Virus record (IMG/VR): IMGVR_UViG_3300045955_000216
Location: 1 to 58,723 of that record
Origin: a virus
Lineage: Duplodnaviria; Caudoviricetes
Reading direction: 5' to 3' (one strand)
Length of the DNA stretch: 58,723 nucleotides
Shown here piece after piece: positions 8,618 to 16,938 of the stretch. Positions within the stretch are counted from its first letter, which is position 1. Each line of letters opens with the position of its first letter. The notes beneath the pieces are model-generated. The model had not been told where the DNA came from. It saw only the letters and a list, made by a program, of their open reading frames with translations, and searched no databases. The position numbers were made by a program, and so were the translations under genes.

Positions 8618-9635
8618 CGCGTCTCGAGGTAGGCCCGGAGGAAGACCGCCGCGACCTGCGGGACGATGGCGTTGCCGTAGGCGCGCAGGCGTCCCACACG
8701 GGCGGGAACCCCATGAGCCAGCGGACGAATGCCGGATTCAGCCGGGGGGACTCGCCGGAGCTTGCCGTCGGAGCAGGCGAGCCACTCGGCCCCCCCCCAC
8801 GCCGCGGACGCTGCCCCCCGAGCACCTGGTCCGTCAGACTCATCCCCGGGTGCGCCGTCGAGCCCGCGAGGTTCCGATTGCCCGCGCCCACCGCGTCCAT
8901 CCGGGTCGGCGTCGTCCAGCCGGCATAGAGCTGCGTCGCCATCCCGAGCTGGAGCCCCGCGCCGTTCCCGTTGTGCCACCGGGCCTTGAGGCGCGCCTGG
9001 CGCGCCTCGTGCGTCGCCGGCTCGGCGTGGACATTCATCGCCTGCGCGTCCGGCGTCGGCCAGCCCGCGGCGAGTAACGCAAAGTCCTGGAGATTCCGTC
9101 TCTCGCCCTGCGTGCGCTCCACCATCCCGCCCCGCTCGGCATTCGTCACCGCGGGACTCGGCCACCCAGTAGAGCCGCTGCCGGATGTGCGGTGCGCCGA
9201 CGCCCGCAGCGCACAGATCGGCGGCCCCGACGGCATATCCCAGGTCTTCCAGGTCAGCGCGTACTCCGGCGAGCCAGTGCCGGCCAGCGCGGCTCGCAAC
9301 CTGCTCGCCAGCGATGACTGGAGGGCGGCACTCGGCGATGAGCCGGAGAAAAGCGGGCCAGAGGTGCCTCTCGTCGAGAACGCCCGCAGCGCGGCCTGCG
9401 CTGGAGAAGGGTTGACACGGGCAGGACCCGGTCCAGATCGGCGCGTCATCCGGCCAACCGGCGAGGGCGAGCGCCTGCTCCCACCCGCCGAGCCCGGCGA
9501 AGAGGTGGACCCGCCGAGCCCCGGCAAGGTCGCCTGGTCGCACGTCGAGGATGCTCCGGCCGTCGACGTGGGCGTCGGGGTAGAGGGCCCGGAGCCAGGC
9601 GGCGGCGTAGGGGTCGTGGTCGTTGAAGTAGACAT
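8598..9635 (-). CDS. Overlapping alternative-frame ORF, putative MTase beta chain (true start probably internal)
   Basis: Open across the whole MTase gene; WP(S/T)P repeats and motif IX-like RLNPAFVRWLMGFP. Confidence 0.6.
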   Translation of the reverse strand: MSTSTTTTPTPPPGSGPSTPTPTSTAGASSTCDQATLPGLGGSTSSPGSAGGSRRSPSPVGRMTRRSGPGPARVNPSPAQAALRAFSTRGTSGPLFSGSSPSAALQSSLASRLRAALAGTGSPEYALTWKTWDMPSGPPICALRASAHRTSGSGSTGWPSPAVTNAERGGMVERTQGERRNLQDFALLAAGWPTPDAQAMNVHAEPATHEARQARLKARWHNGNGAGLQLGMATQLYAGWTTPTRMDAVGAGNRNLAGSTAHPGMSLTDQVLGGQRPRRGGGPSGSPAPTASSGESPRLNPAFVRWLMGFPPVWDACAPTATPSSRRSRRSSSGPTSRRDDAHPA

Positions 9636-9642
9636 CCCTCAC
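8614..9642 (-). CDS. DNA cytosine-5 methyltransferase (alpha-type chain)
   Basis: FAGLGG (motif I), GSCPCQPFS (IV), EQV (VI), HIRQRLY (VIII), GNAIVPQV (X). Confidence 0.9.
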   Translation of the reverse strand: MRDVYFNDHDPYAAAWLRALYPDAHVDGRSILDVRPGDLAGARRVHLFAGLGGWEQALALAGWPDDAPIWTGSCPCQPFSSAGRAAGVLDERHLWPAFLRLIAECRPPVIAGEQVASRAGRHWLAGVRADLEDLGYAVGAADLCAAGVGAPHIRQRLYWVAESRGDECRAGRDGGAHAGRETESPGLCVTRRGLADAGRAGDECPRRAGDARGAPGAPQGPVAQRERRGAPARDGDAALCRLDDADPDGRGGRGQSEPRGLDGAPGDESDGPGARGAASAAWGGAEWLACSDGKLRRVPPAESGIRPLAHGVPARVGRLRAYGNAIVPQVAAVFLRAYLETR

Positions 9643-9848
9643 GCGGTCCCCTCAAGGGCCGGCTCCGGCGCCGCGGTCCCCTTCTTCGCCGGCTTCGCGT
9701 AGACCGATACCAGGTCGGCCCGGTCGATGACGTCCGGCCGGAGGCCCTCGTCCCGGATGACGGCCGTACACTCCGCCACCACCCGGGCGAGGCCCTCCGG
9801 GGTGTAGGTGGAGCGGAAGAACAGCGCGCGGAGGGCCGGCTCGGGCAC
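9639..9848 (-). CDS. Hypothetical protein
   Basis: GTG start overlapping upstream stop. Confidence 0.55.
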   Translation of the reverse strand: MPEPALRALFFRSTYTPEGLARVVAECTAVIRDEGLRPDVIDRADLVSVYAKPAKKGTAAPEPALEGTA

Positions 9849-10750
9849 TACGCCTTCCCCACCAACTCGAGCTGCTTGCCGTTCGCGGCCTGGGCCTGGG
9901 CGAGACTCGTCTCGAGGACCGGGGTCAGGTCCCGCTCGACCGCCGGCGCCGGGGGCGCCTCCGTCTTCGGTGGGAGGATCCCCCACCAACAGGCGTGCTT
10001 GTAGACGCACTTGTTACAATTCATCGGGCTCGGGCGCCGCGGGAAGAGGCCGGCGTTGATCTGCGCGTCGATCGCCTCGACGTCCCGGATCCGCGCCTCA
10101 ACCAGGGGCGCCGTGATCTGGAGCGCGAGCGGCTCCTGGGCCTCTGGCTTCGGCTCCTTCGCTCGGCCCGTGCGGACGACGTCGAACAGGAAGAGGGGCC
10201 AGCGCCCGACCTTGTCGAAGAACATCTTCCCGTAGAGGGGCGGCTGGTCCTGATAGTGCAGCTCGTCGCCGGCCATCTTGTCGGTCGGGAACTTGGCATC
10301 CCGAATCCGCATCTGATCGTCGACGACGTCGAGCTTCCCGGTCAGCCGGAGGCCCGACGGGAGCGTGGTCTCGACCTTCTCCTCGACCATGAGCGGCTGG
10401 ATCCCGGGCGCGACCTTCTCAAGGTAGACCCGGAGGCCCGCCTCCCCGTCCTTCCGGACCTTCGCCTCGCTCTGATCGTCGAAGAGGACGATCTCCTCGC
10501 CCCCCATCGGGGAGAAGGCGAGCTTCACCTCCTCATGGAAGACCTCGACGCACTCGTCGACCGGGAGATCCTGGCCCGTCTCGATCTTCTGGCGGAAGTT
10601 GTGCTCGAGCGCCTTGTGCTGCGCCCGGCCCTTGATCTGCCAGACGTTCGCCAACTTCACCTTCTTGAGGTACTGGTACTCGAAAGCCCGCGGGCAGCGT
10701 TCGTAGCTACTGACCTGCGACGGGGAGCGGGACCAGCGGCGTGTCGTCAT
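9848..10750 (-). CDS. PD-(D/E)XK Cas4/RecB-like exonuclease
   Basis: SPSQV...CP, GKLDV...DAK, C-terminal CxxCxxxxxC. Confidence 0.85.
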   Translation of the reverse strand: MTTRRWSRSPSQVSSYERCPRAFEYQYLKKVKLANVWQIKGRAQHKALEHNFRQKIETGQDLPVDECVEVFHEEVKLAFSPMGGEEIVLFDDQSEAKVRKDGEAGLRVYLEKVAPGIQPLMVEEKVETTLPSGLRLTGKLDVVDDQMRIRDAKFPTDKMAGDELHYQDQPPLYGKMFFDKVGRWPLFLFDVVRTGRAKEPKPEAQEPLALQITAPLVEARIRDVEAIDAQINAGLFPRRPSPMNCNKCVYKHACWWGILPPKTEAPPAPAVERDLTPVLETSLAQAQAANGKQLELVGKA

Positions 10751-11640
10751 GCCGCCACCCCCACCGGACCGGCCTTCCCCGCCTTGTGGTCGGCCAGGAG
10801 CCGGTCAAACCCCGCCTTGAACGTGGCGAAGGTCTCGGCCTTCTGCTTGTCGAGTGCCGTCTTGTTGCGGACGCCCGCCCCGAAGTACCCCTCGAGCATC
10901 TTCCCGTCGAAGCGCCCGCCCGCGAGCTCGTTAACCATGTTGATCGCGGCCATCGCCTCGTAGGACGGAGGCGGCTCGTCGGCGACCGAGGCCGGCTCGG
11001 GCGTCGGCCCGTGGCCGTTCTGGACGACCTCGGCCTCGACGATCCGGGCCGCCGCCGCCTCGGGCGTCGTCACCACCGGCCGCGACGGCGGGGCCGGATC
11101 CTCCTCGAGCTCCTGGGGCGTGTAGACCGGCCCGCCGAAGACGTCGGGGCAGTACCACTTGACCCCGTTCGACATGGACCGGGCGAAGTACATGTTCCGG
11201 GGAAAGGCCCCATAGTTGTAGCTGTTGAGGCCGGCCCGCTTCGCGTCCGCCTCCGTGAAGGCCGAGACCCCGAGCTCGTGGCGCTTGCCCTCGCGGCGCT
11301 CAATGAAGGTCAGCACGCAGCCGGTGTCATCAAGCCGCGTGACCTCGTAGTCGTACCGCCCGCTCCGCTTCACCGTCGCGGCCATGAGGTTCGCGTGCAT
11401 CCCCAGGCGGGCCGGCCGCCCGTTCTTCGACTCCGCGAGGTAGATGCCCGTCATCGCCGCGAAGGGCGGGAAGCCGAGCTCGCGGCCGGCCATGATCTTG
11501 ACGAGGGCCTGGGCCTCCTGGCGCGAGTCGTGGAAGAACCCACTGGCCGCGAACACCTTCGCGATCGCGAGGGTCCCCTCAAAGGTGGCGGGCCGCAGGA
11601 CCGGGTCCGCCGGGATGGTCTCGAGACTGTCTGTCGTCAT
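10747..11640 (-). CDS. RecT/Bet-like single-strand annealing recombinase
   Basis: KIMAGRELG..AM, DAKRAGL, PRNMYFAR, CPDVFGG..YTPQEL; adjacent to exonuclease. Confidence 0.75.
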   Translation of the reverse strand: MTTDSLETIPADPVLRPATFEGTLAIAKVFAASGFFHDSRQEAQALVKIMAGRELGFPPFAAMTGIYLAESKNGRPARLGMHANLMAATVKRSGRYDYEVTRLDDTGCVLTFIERREGKRHELGVSAFTEADAKRAGLNSYNYGAFPRNMYFARSMSNGVKWYCPDVFGGPVYTPQELEEDPAPPSRPVVTTPEAAAARIVEAEVVQNGHGPTPEPASVADEPPPSYEAMAAINMVNELAGGRFDGKMLEGYFGAGVRNKTALDKQKAETFATFKAGFDRLLADHKAGKAGPVGVAA

Positions 11641-11759
11641 CACGTTGCCTCCTTCGCTCGTTAGTGGGCGGCGCCTGACAGGGGATGTCACTCTTCTCGC
11701 GGGCCCCGTCAGGCTCGGCGGCCGCCGCCCGGCGACCGGAACGAGCCCCGCGAGACGCT

Positions 11760-11939
11760 CTACTCGAGCAACACGAACAGCGCGGTAATCCCCGCCGCGG
11801 AGAGCATCACCACGGCGGCGAGCACGACCCCATCCCAGAGCCGGCGCCCGAAGGCGCGGAGCTCGACGTAGGGGGTCAGCTCGCGGTAATCCCCGTTGCG
11901 GGTCGTCAGCTCTTTGCGGGCCCGGACCGTGGGCCTCAC
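11760..11939 (-). CDS. Small membrane protein (59 aa)
   Basis: Hand-translated; GTGA coupling; C-terminal hydrophobic helix. Confidence 0.5.
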   Translation of the reverse strand: MRPTVRARKELTTRNGDYRELTPYVELRAFGRRLWDGVVLAAVVMLSAAGITALFVLLE

Positions 11940-12154
11940 GCCGCCCGCTCCACCCCGAGGATGTCGCCCAGGGTGACGCCCTGGATCGCGACCGTCCGCA
12001 CCTGGACCGGCCCGCCCTCGACGACGGCGTCCGCCAGGCCCTCGGCCGCGCGGAGCTTCGCCCAGGCCAGGCCCTCCGAGGCCGCGAGGACCTCGATCCC
12101 CTTCGGCCCCCGGCCGGCCACCTGGAAGCGCCAGACCGGGACCGCCGCGGTCAC
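11936..12154 (-). CDS. Hypothetical protein
   Basis: GTGA coupling. Confidence 0.55.
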   Translation of the reverse strand: MTAAVPVWRFQVAGRGPKGIEVLAASEGLAWAKLRAAEGLADAVVEGGPVQVRTVAIQGVTLGDILGVERAA

Positions 12155-12393
12155 GCGCCCACTCCGGCCGGGGCCGAGGCCATGTCGGCCCCGGTCCCGG
12201 GACGCTGCCGCGGCGCCCGGACCCGGCGCGCCTTCCCGTTGCCGGCGTGGCTCGCTGCGCCGTGGCTGTTCTGGATCAGCTCGCGGAGCGCGTGGGCCAT
12301 CGCCCGGGCGATGATGGTCTTCGGCTCGACGGGGATCGCCGGCGCGATCTTGTCGAGCATCTCGAGCGCGGACTCCTTCTCGTCCTTGGTCAT
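12151..12393 (-). CDS. Hypothetical protein
   Basis: GGAGG RBS. Confidence 0.65.
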   Translation of the reverse strand: MTKDEKESALEMLDKIAPAIPVEPKTIIARAMAHALRELIQNSHGAASHAGNGKARRVRAPRQRPGTGADMASAPAGVGA

Positions 12394-12584
12394 ACCCCCT
12401 CCTTCTGGATCGCCCGCTCGAGGAGCGCCGCGAGCGCGTGACAGGTGACGGACGTGCAGCCGACGTGCGTCGGCCGGTTGACCGTGAGGAACCGCTCCCC
12501 GCAGACGTCGCCGGCCGGGTCGAGGACGCCGAGCTCGCGGTCGTCGGGGTAGTCGTGGGGGGAGGCGCCGTCGGCGTCACTCAT
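12390..12584 (-). CDS. Hypothetical protein
   Basis: ATGA coupling. Confidence 0.55.
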   Translation of the reverse strand: MSDADGASPHDYPDDRELGVLDPAGDVCGERFLTVNRPTHVGCTSVTCHALAALLERAIQKEGV

Positions 12585-12871
12585 GCCAGGACCTCCTCGG
12601 GATCGGGCGGCGCCGAGGCCGGCAGCCGCGCGATGTAGGCGAGCAGGAGCGCCAGCGGGGCCGGCGCGTGCGCGCCACAGAAGCACCGGGTCCGGACGCG
12701 CCAGAGCGCCCGGAGCCGGTCGGGCTCGACCTCGCGACTCAGGAGCGCCTCGTCCCGGAGGGTCCACATGGACTTGGAATCCATCCGCCGGGCGCCCCAC
12801 TGGCGCGCGCAGGGCCGGCAGAGCACCGGCCACGCGCCGACCGTCCCGCAGCACAGGCAGGGCGACTCCAT
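12581..12871 (-). CDS. Cys-rich hypothetical protein
   Basis: CLCC..CRPC..CFC. Confidence 0.5.
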   Translation of the reverse strand: MESPCLCCGTVGAWPVLCRPCARQWGARRMDSKSMWTLRDEALLSREVEPDRLRALWRVRTRCFCGAHAPAPLALLLAYIARLPASAPPDPEEVLA

Positions 12872-13116
12872 CACCGGCGCCCCACGGCCCGGAGGCGCGC
12901 CGCCGCGGCCGCGAGCGGCTTCGGGGCCGGCCCCCGGCCCCGCGCCGGAATGAAGCCTTCGGCGAGGATCCGCGCGATCTCGGACTCGGGGATCAGGGCG
13001 GTCCGCCCGACCCGCACCTTGTCCAGCCGGCGCAGGGCGAGCCAGTTGCGGATGGTCTTCTTCGCCTGGTGGAGCCGGGCCGCGGCCTCGTCGACCGTCA
13101 ACAGGACGGGCGTCAT
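12871..13116 (-). CDS. xis: Excisionase-like HTH_17 protein
   Basis: LLTVDEAAARL...TIRNW...KVRVGR..LIPESEI. Confidence 0.8.
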   Translation of the reverse strand: MTPVLLTVDEAAARLHQAKKTIRNWLALRRLDKVRVGRTALIPESEIARILAEGFIPARGRGPAPKPLAAAAARLRAVGRR

Positions 13117-13403
13117 CGTGTCCCATGCCGGGACGCGGGGCCGGCGGCCGGCGCGGGCGCGCCCTCGAGGCCCAGCAACGTCCCAAGTGTGTCGTAGACG
13201 TGCCGGAACCGGCCGGCCACAATCCCCTCGATGAGGAGCGCCTTCGCCGTCGAGTGCAGGAGGAAGTCCCCCTTGCCGACCGTCGCCGGCCGCGCCTGCT
13301 CGAAGACGGCCGCGAGCGTGGGCTGGAGGCGGATCTTCTCCCCGCACCAGGGGAAGCCGAGCGGCCAGTGGAGGTCCTTCGACTCGTCGAGCAGCGCGTT
13401 CAC
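13113..13403 (-). CDS. Hypothetical protein
   Basis: GTGA coupling, GAGG RBS. Confidence 0.55.
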   Translation of the reverse strand: MNALLDESKDLHWPLGFPWCGEKIRLQPTLAAVFEQARPATVGKGDFLLHSTAKALLIEGIVAGRFRHVYDTLGTLLGLEGAPAPAAGPASRHGTR

Positions 13404-13600
13404 GTTGCCTCGTCGTCCGGCAGGGGCTGGAGCCGGATCCAGCGCCCCGTGGTCGTCGTCTCGAAGTGGAAGGACCAGACGTCGCCCTGATCGTCCAGGG
13501 CGTACAGATCGCGCTCGAGGGCCCCGTCCGTCCGCGTCATGTTGGCCTCGATCTGGACAATCCGCCGGGGTCGGCGGGTGACCTCCTCGGGGGGGCTCAT
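13400..13600 (-). CDS. Hypothetical protein
   Basis: LYALDDQGDVW motif; coupling. Confidence 0.6.
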   Translation of the reverse strand: MSPPEEVTRRPRRIVQIEANMTRTDGALERDLYALDDQGDVWSFHFETTTTGRWIRLQPLPDDEAT

Positions 13601-13809
13601 CCCTCGCGCTCCGCGATGAGGGCATCGGCCAGCCGCGCGAGGCGGGCCGAGGGCCCGTGGCGGCCGGCGACCCAATGGCAGACGTGGCCCAGGGTGACCC
13701 CGGCGCGCCGCGCGAGCGCGGCCTTCATCCCCGGCGTCCCGAGCAGACGCTTGTAATCCCGGAGGCTTCGTGCCCTAGTAGGGGTACGGCTTGCGGTTGC
13801 GGCATTCAT
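13597..13809 (-). CDS. Cro-like HTH regulator
   Basis: KAALARRAGVTLGHVCHWVAG; divergent from repressor. Confidence 0.7.
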   Translation of the reverse strand: MNAATASRTPTRARSLRDYKRLLGTPGMKAALARRAGVTLGHVCHWVAGRHGPSARLARLADALIAEREG

Positions 13810-13867
13810 CGTGGGTTGACTATCGTCCAATGCGCGATGCGTGTCAAGCAATATCTGAGGGGGACGA
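13810..13867. promoter_or_regulatory. Lysis/lysogeny switch region
   Basis: AT-richer gap; minus-strand TTGACA (13847-13842)-17 nt-GATAGT; plus-strand TTGACT at 13816. Confidence 0.6.
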
Positions 13868-14332
13868 GTGCGACAGGATTTCCCCGCGGTTCCGGCTCGC
13901 CTAGAGCGGCTCCTCCGCCAGCGCGGGTATGTGAACCCCGATGGCTCTTTGAACTACGTCCGGGCGGCGGCCGCCCTGGGGGTCAACAAGACGAGCTTGT
14001 GGACCTGGGCGCGGCGCAGCCGCCCGGAATGGCACGACCTCCGCACGATCGCCGCCGGGCTCGAGGTGCCGGCGGTGTGGTTACTCCTCGGCGAGGATGC
14101 CCTCGCCGAGGTCCCGCGCCTCCAGGCCCAACAGGCCGAGCTCCGGGCCCTGGACGCGCCTCACCCATCCGTGAGTCAGGAGGCCCCGCATGCCCGGCTC
14201 GTTCCCGTTGCGCCCGCGCCTGTCCCGCCGCCGCGCCCGCCGCCGCCCCCCGGCCGACTCCGAACCGCAAACCTGGGCCGTCAGCGGTCTTCCGGAGCGG
14301 CGCGGCGACGAGCGCGTCGTCGAAGTGCCTGA
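13868..14332 (+). CDS. CI-like HTH repressor
   Basis: AAAALGVNKTSLWTW...IAAGLEVPAVWLLLG. Confidence 0.7.
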   Translation: MRQDFPAVPARLERLLRQRGYVNPDGSLNYVRAAAALGVNKTSLWTWARRSRPEWHDLRTIAAGLEVPAVWLLLGEDALAEVPRLQAQQAELRALDAPHPSVSQEAPHARLVPVAPAPVPPPRPPPPPGRLRTANLGRQRSSGAARRRARRRSA

Positions 14333-14645
14333 CGGCTATCTCCGGCTGGACGCGGGCCTCCGCGTGCGGGCCATCCGCGGCCGCCCGGATCTCGACTGGT
14401 GGTGGCCCGTGTCCACCCGCATGGTGATCGGCCGCCCGTTCACCGAGGCCCTCGGCGGCGCGGCGTCCGACTGGCTGCGTGCGGTGCGCTGGGCACGCCG
14501 GCTCGAGGGCAAGACCGCGGTGGCCGTCACCTACGAATGGGAGCGCGAGGGCCTCGTCCATCTGCGGACCGCCTGGTTCCGTGGACTCGCGGATGGGGGC
14601 GTCGGCATCTTCATTAAGCACATCGAGACCTGGCTCGAGGACTAA
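14190..14645 (+). CDS. Stand-alone PAS-like domain protein
   Basis: PDGYLRLDAGLRV, VIGRPFTEAL, GGVGIFIKHI; own AGGAGG RBS. Confidence 0.55.
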   Translation: MPGSFPLRPRLSRRRARRRPPADSEPQTWAVSGLPERRGDERVVEVPDGYLRLDAGLRVRAIRGRPDLDWWWPVSTRMVIGRPFTEALGGAASDWLRAVRWARRLEGKTAVAVTYEWEREGLVHLRTAWFRGLADGGVGIFIKHIETWLED

Positions 14646-14653
14646 GTGCCCCC

Positions 14654-14980
14654 ATGCCCCGCCGCTCCCGGCCGGCCGCCCGGAATGTCCCCTTCGAGAC
14701 GGCGATTGCCCTCGCCGGCAGCCGGGCCCGCTTGCTCGCGTCGGTGAACCGCTCGACCGCGGCGAACTGGCCGGCGCGCGGGGTGCCCTGGAACGTCCTC
14801 GGGCCGATCCTGCGCGAGCAGCTCGAGGCGAACGGCGGGCGGACCGTCGTGCCCCGAACGCCCGAGGCCCTGGCGGCGCATCGTGAGCTCGAGGCGCTCG
14901 CCCTCACCACGCACGGCCGCGGCGCCCGCTGGCGCGCGGCGCGCGTGCTGCTCCGCTCTCTCACCCGGAGGCGACAATGA
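14654..14980 (+). CDS. Hypothetical protein
   Basis: Operon context. Confidence 0.55.
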   Translation: MPRRSRPAARNVPFETAIALAGSRARLLASVNRSTAANWPARGVPWNVLGPILREQLEANGGRTVVPRTPEALAAHRELEALALTTHGRGARWRAARVLLRSLTRRRQ

Positions 14981-15420
14981 GGCCTGTTTTCACTTGGTCG
15001 AAGCGGAGCAGTTATCTCAGGGGCCTGTGCCTCGCAGCGGCGCTCCTTGGGTGTAGCAGCGGGGGCGGCTCCGCCTCGAGCTCGACGGTCCCCGAGGCGC
15101 CGGTGACCTGGCGCGGCGCGACCGTCACCGGCGAGCGGCCGCGGAGCGCCCTGCCGCATCTCGAGGCCGGCTGGGCGGAGGGGATCCAGCGGGCGGGCGG
15201 GGCGGGCCCGAATCCGACCGGCTGGACGATCGAGCTCTACCCGGATCTCATTCGCGGCTGCGTCGATGCGCCGCTCTGCCTCGGGGAATTCGACCCGAGG
15301 ATCCGCCGGATTCGCGCGAGCTGGGAGGGCGGGATCGAGGAGACCCTGGCCGAGGAATTCTGTCACTACCACCGCGTTCGCCGGGGCCTGCCGACCGAGG
15401 GCGGCGGCTGTCCAACATGA
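14977..15420 (+). CDS. Lipoprotein with zincin-like motif
   Basis: Lipobox LLGC; TLAEEFCHY. Confidence 0.6.
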   Translation: MRPVFTWSKRSSYLRGLCLAAALLGCSSGGGSASSSTVPEAPVTWRGATVTGERPRSALPHLEAGWAEGIQRAGGAGPNPTGWTIELYPDLIRGCVDAPLCLGEFDPRIRRIRASWEGGIEETLAEEFCHYHRVRRGLPTEGGGCPT

Positions 15421-16448
15421 TCCGGCCGTTCGACGGCGCGCGCGGGCGCACCTATCGGTTCCGGATCGTCCGCCAGGGGCAGCTCTACCAGGGCAAGGGG
15501 TTCGCCTCTTACCAGGCCGCCCAGGACGCCGAGGACCTCCAGCTCGCGCGGCTCGCCGGCTCCGGGCTCCCGGCGAGTGACCTCTTCTGGGCCACGGCCG
15601 TCCAGCAGTACCAGGCGGCGAAGGCGAAGAAGGTGGACCTCCTCGCGCACGACGTCCCGCGGCTCGACTGGTGGGGCCGCTTCTTCGCCGGCCACCAGGT
15701 CGCCACGCTCGGGGGCATCACCCCGGAGCTCCTCGACCTCGCGAAGCTCCGCCTCGAGGCCGAGGGCCGACACGGGTCGACCCAGGTCCGCTACTTCGCC
15801 GTCCTGCGCGGGCTCTTCCGCCTGGCGATCCGCCGGCGGTGGGTCGTCGGCCTGGCGGACCCGACCGCGGCCGTCGACTGGCCGAAGGAGACCACGGTCC
15901 CGCGCCGGGTGCCCACGGCGCTCGAGGTCCGCCGGCTCGTGAATGCCGCCGAGCCCGTGATCCGGCCGCTCGTCCTGGTCGCGATGCTCACCGGCCTCCG
16001 GATCTCGTCCATCCTCCGGCTGACGGCCGAGGATGCCCGGATCCGGCCGGGGCTGCTCCGCGTGGTCCAGAAGGGCGGCCGCGAGCTCTGGCTCCCGATG
16101 ACGCCGGTCCTCGCGGCCGTCGTCCGCCGCGCGCCGTTCACCTGGCCGGACGGGCGCCGCGTGACGCGCTTTCCACGGAAGGCGTGGCGCCGGAGCCTCG
16201 CGGCCGCCGGCGTCGCCCCGTTCGGGTTCCACCAGCTCCGCCACCTGGTCGGCGACTGGCTCACTGAACGCCAGACGCACGGTCGGGTCGTCCAGGCGAT
16301 GCTCGGGCACTCCTCCCAGCGGATGACTGAGCGGTACACGCGGCCGCGGGATCCGGCCCTCCGGCGCGCCCAGGTGACGATGGCGCGCCTGCTCGGGCCT
16401 GTACCTCCGCGAGTACCCCCGCGTCAGCTAACTACGCGCCGCGGTTGA
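15417..16448 (+). CDS. int: Tyrosine integrase
   Basis: TGLRIS, QKG, HQLRH, LGHS, TERY catalytic residues. Confidence 0.95.
   Translation: MIRPFDGARGRTYRFRIVRQGQLYQGKGFASYQAAQDAEDLQLARLAGSGLPASDLFWATAVQQYQAAKAKKVDLLAHDVPRLDWWGRFFAGHQVATLGGITPELLDLAKLRLEAEGRHGSTQVRYFAVLRGLFRLAIRRRWVVGLADPTAAVDWPKETTVPRRVPTALEVRRLVNAAEPVIRPLVLVAMLTGLRISSILRLTAEDARIRPGLLRVVQKGGRELWLPMTPVLAAVVRRAPFTWPDGRRVTRFPRKAWRRSLAAAGVAPFGFHQLRHLVGDWLTERQTHGRVVQAMLGHSSQRMTERYTRPRDPALRRAQVTMARLLGPVPPRVPPRQLTTRRG
16398..16421. repeat. Putative integrase arm-type sites (left)
   Basis: TGTACCTCCG / AGTACCCCCG direct repeats, recurring at 16612-16632. Confidence 0.6.
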
Positions 16449-16453
16449 CTCGC

Positions 16454-16506
16454 GCACGGGACTGAAAATCCCGGTGTCGGGGGTTCAACTCCCTCCCTGT
16501 CCACCA
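16454..16506 (+). other. attP core: 3' portion of tRNA-Phe(GAA)
   Basis: Anticodon arm CGGGA-CTGAAAA-TCCCG, T-arm GGTTCAACTCC, acceptor 3' strand and CCA; 5' half missing. Confidence 0.9.
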
Positions 16507-16528
16507 TTTCTTTCCGCGGTTTTCCTGA

Positions 16529-16544
16529 CGTTTCCCGTGAAACG
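16529..16544. promoter_or_regulatory. parS-like palindrome
   Basis: CGTTTCCCGTGAAACG; 13/14 match to the GTTTCACGTGAAAC core. Confidence 0.6.
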
Positions 16545-16611
16545 TGGCGACCACTAGAGCCTGACCCCGGCCCGCGGGGACCCGCAAAATCCCGCGATGT
16601 CCGACCGGCCC

Positions 16612-16632
16612 TGTACCCCCGTTGTACCTCCG
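16612..16632. repeat. Putative integrase arm-type sites (right)
   Basis: TGTACCCCCG-T-TGTACCTCCG. Confidence 0.6.
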
Positions 16633-16650
16633 TGGCGCGCTCGCTTGTGG

Positions 16651-16887
16651 TCAGGGGAGGATCATGCCGTCGGCGTGGTTGCACCCGCAGGCCTCACACC
16701 AGGTCGAGATGTGGGGCGTGTCCTTCGGCGTGTCCCCGCGTCGCGGGGGGATCAGGAAGTCGAGCTCCCGGGGCGCCGGCCCGGGCACGAGCTCGCCCCC
16801 GTACTCCGTGGGCCACTGGCCCCGGTGACAGCGGGCGATCATGCGGAGGATCCGCCGGCGGGAGTCAGCCCGCTGGCGGGCGGTCAC
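16651..16887 (-). CDS. Small Cys-containing hypothetical protein
   Basis: End of late operon; CEAC motif. Confidence 0.4.
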   Translation of the reverse strand: MTARQRADSRRRILRMIARCHRGQWPTEYGGELVPGPAPRELDFLIPPRRGDTPKDTPHISTWCEACGCNHADGMILP

Positions 16888-16938
16888 AGAGTCGGCACGG
16901 CCAGGGGCGCATGTGGTACCAGCACCACCGGCCCCCGG

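Noticed and set aside
9848-10750. Cas4-like gene as CRISPR system
   Set aside because: No array or other cas genes seen; paired with recombinase
11665-11735. Intergenic hairpin upstream of recombinase as ncRNA
   Set aside because: Single GC-rich stem without recognisable family or second copy
16454-16506. Functional phage tRNA-Phe
   Set aside because: 5' acceptor strand and D-arm are absent; it is an attP core
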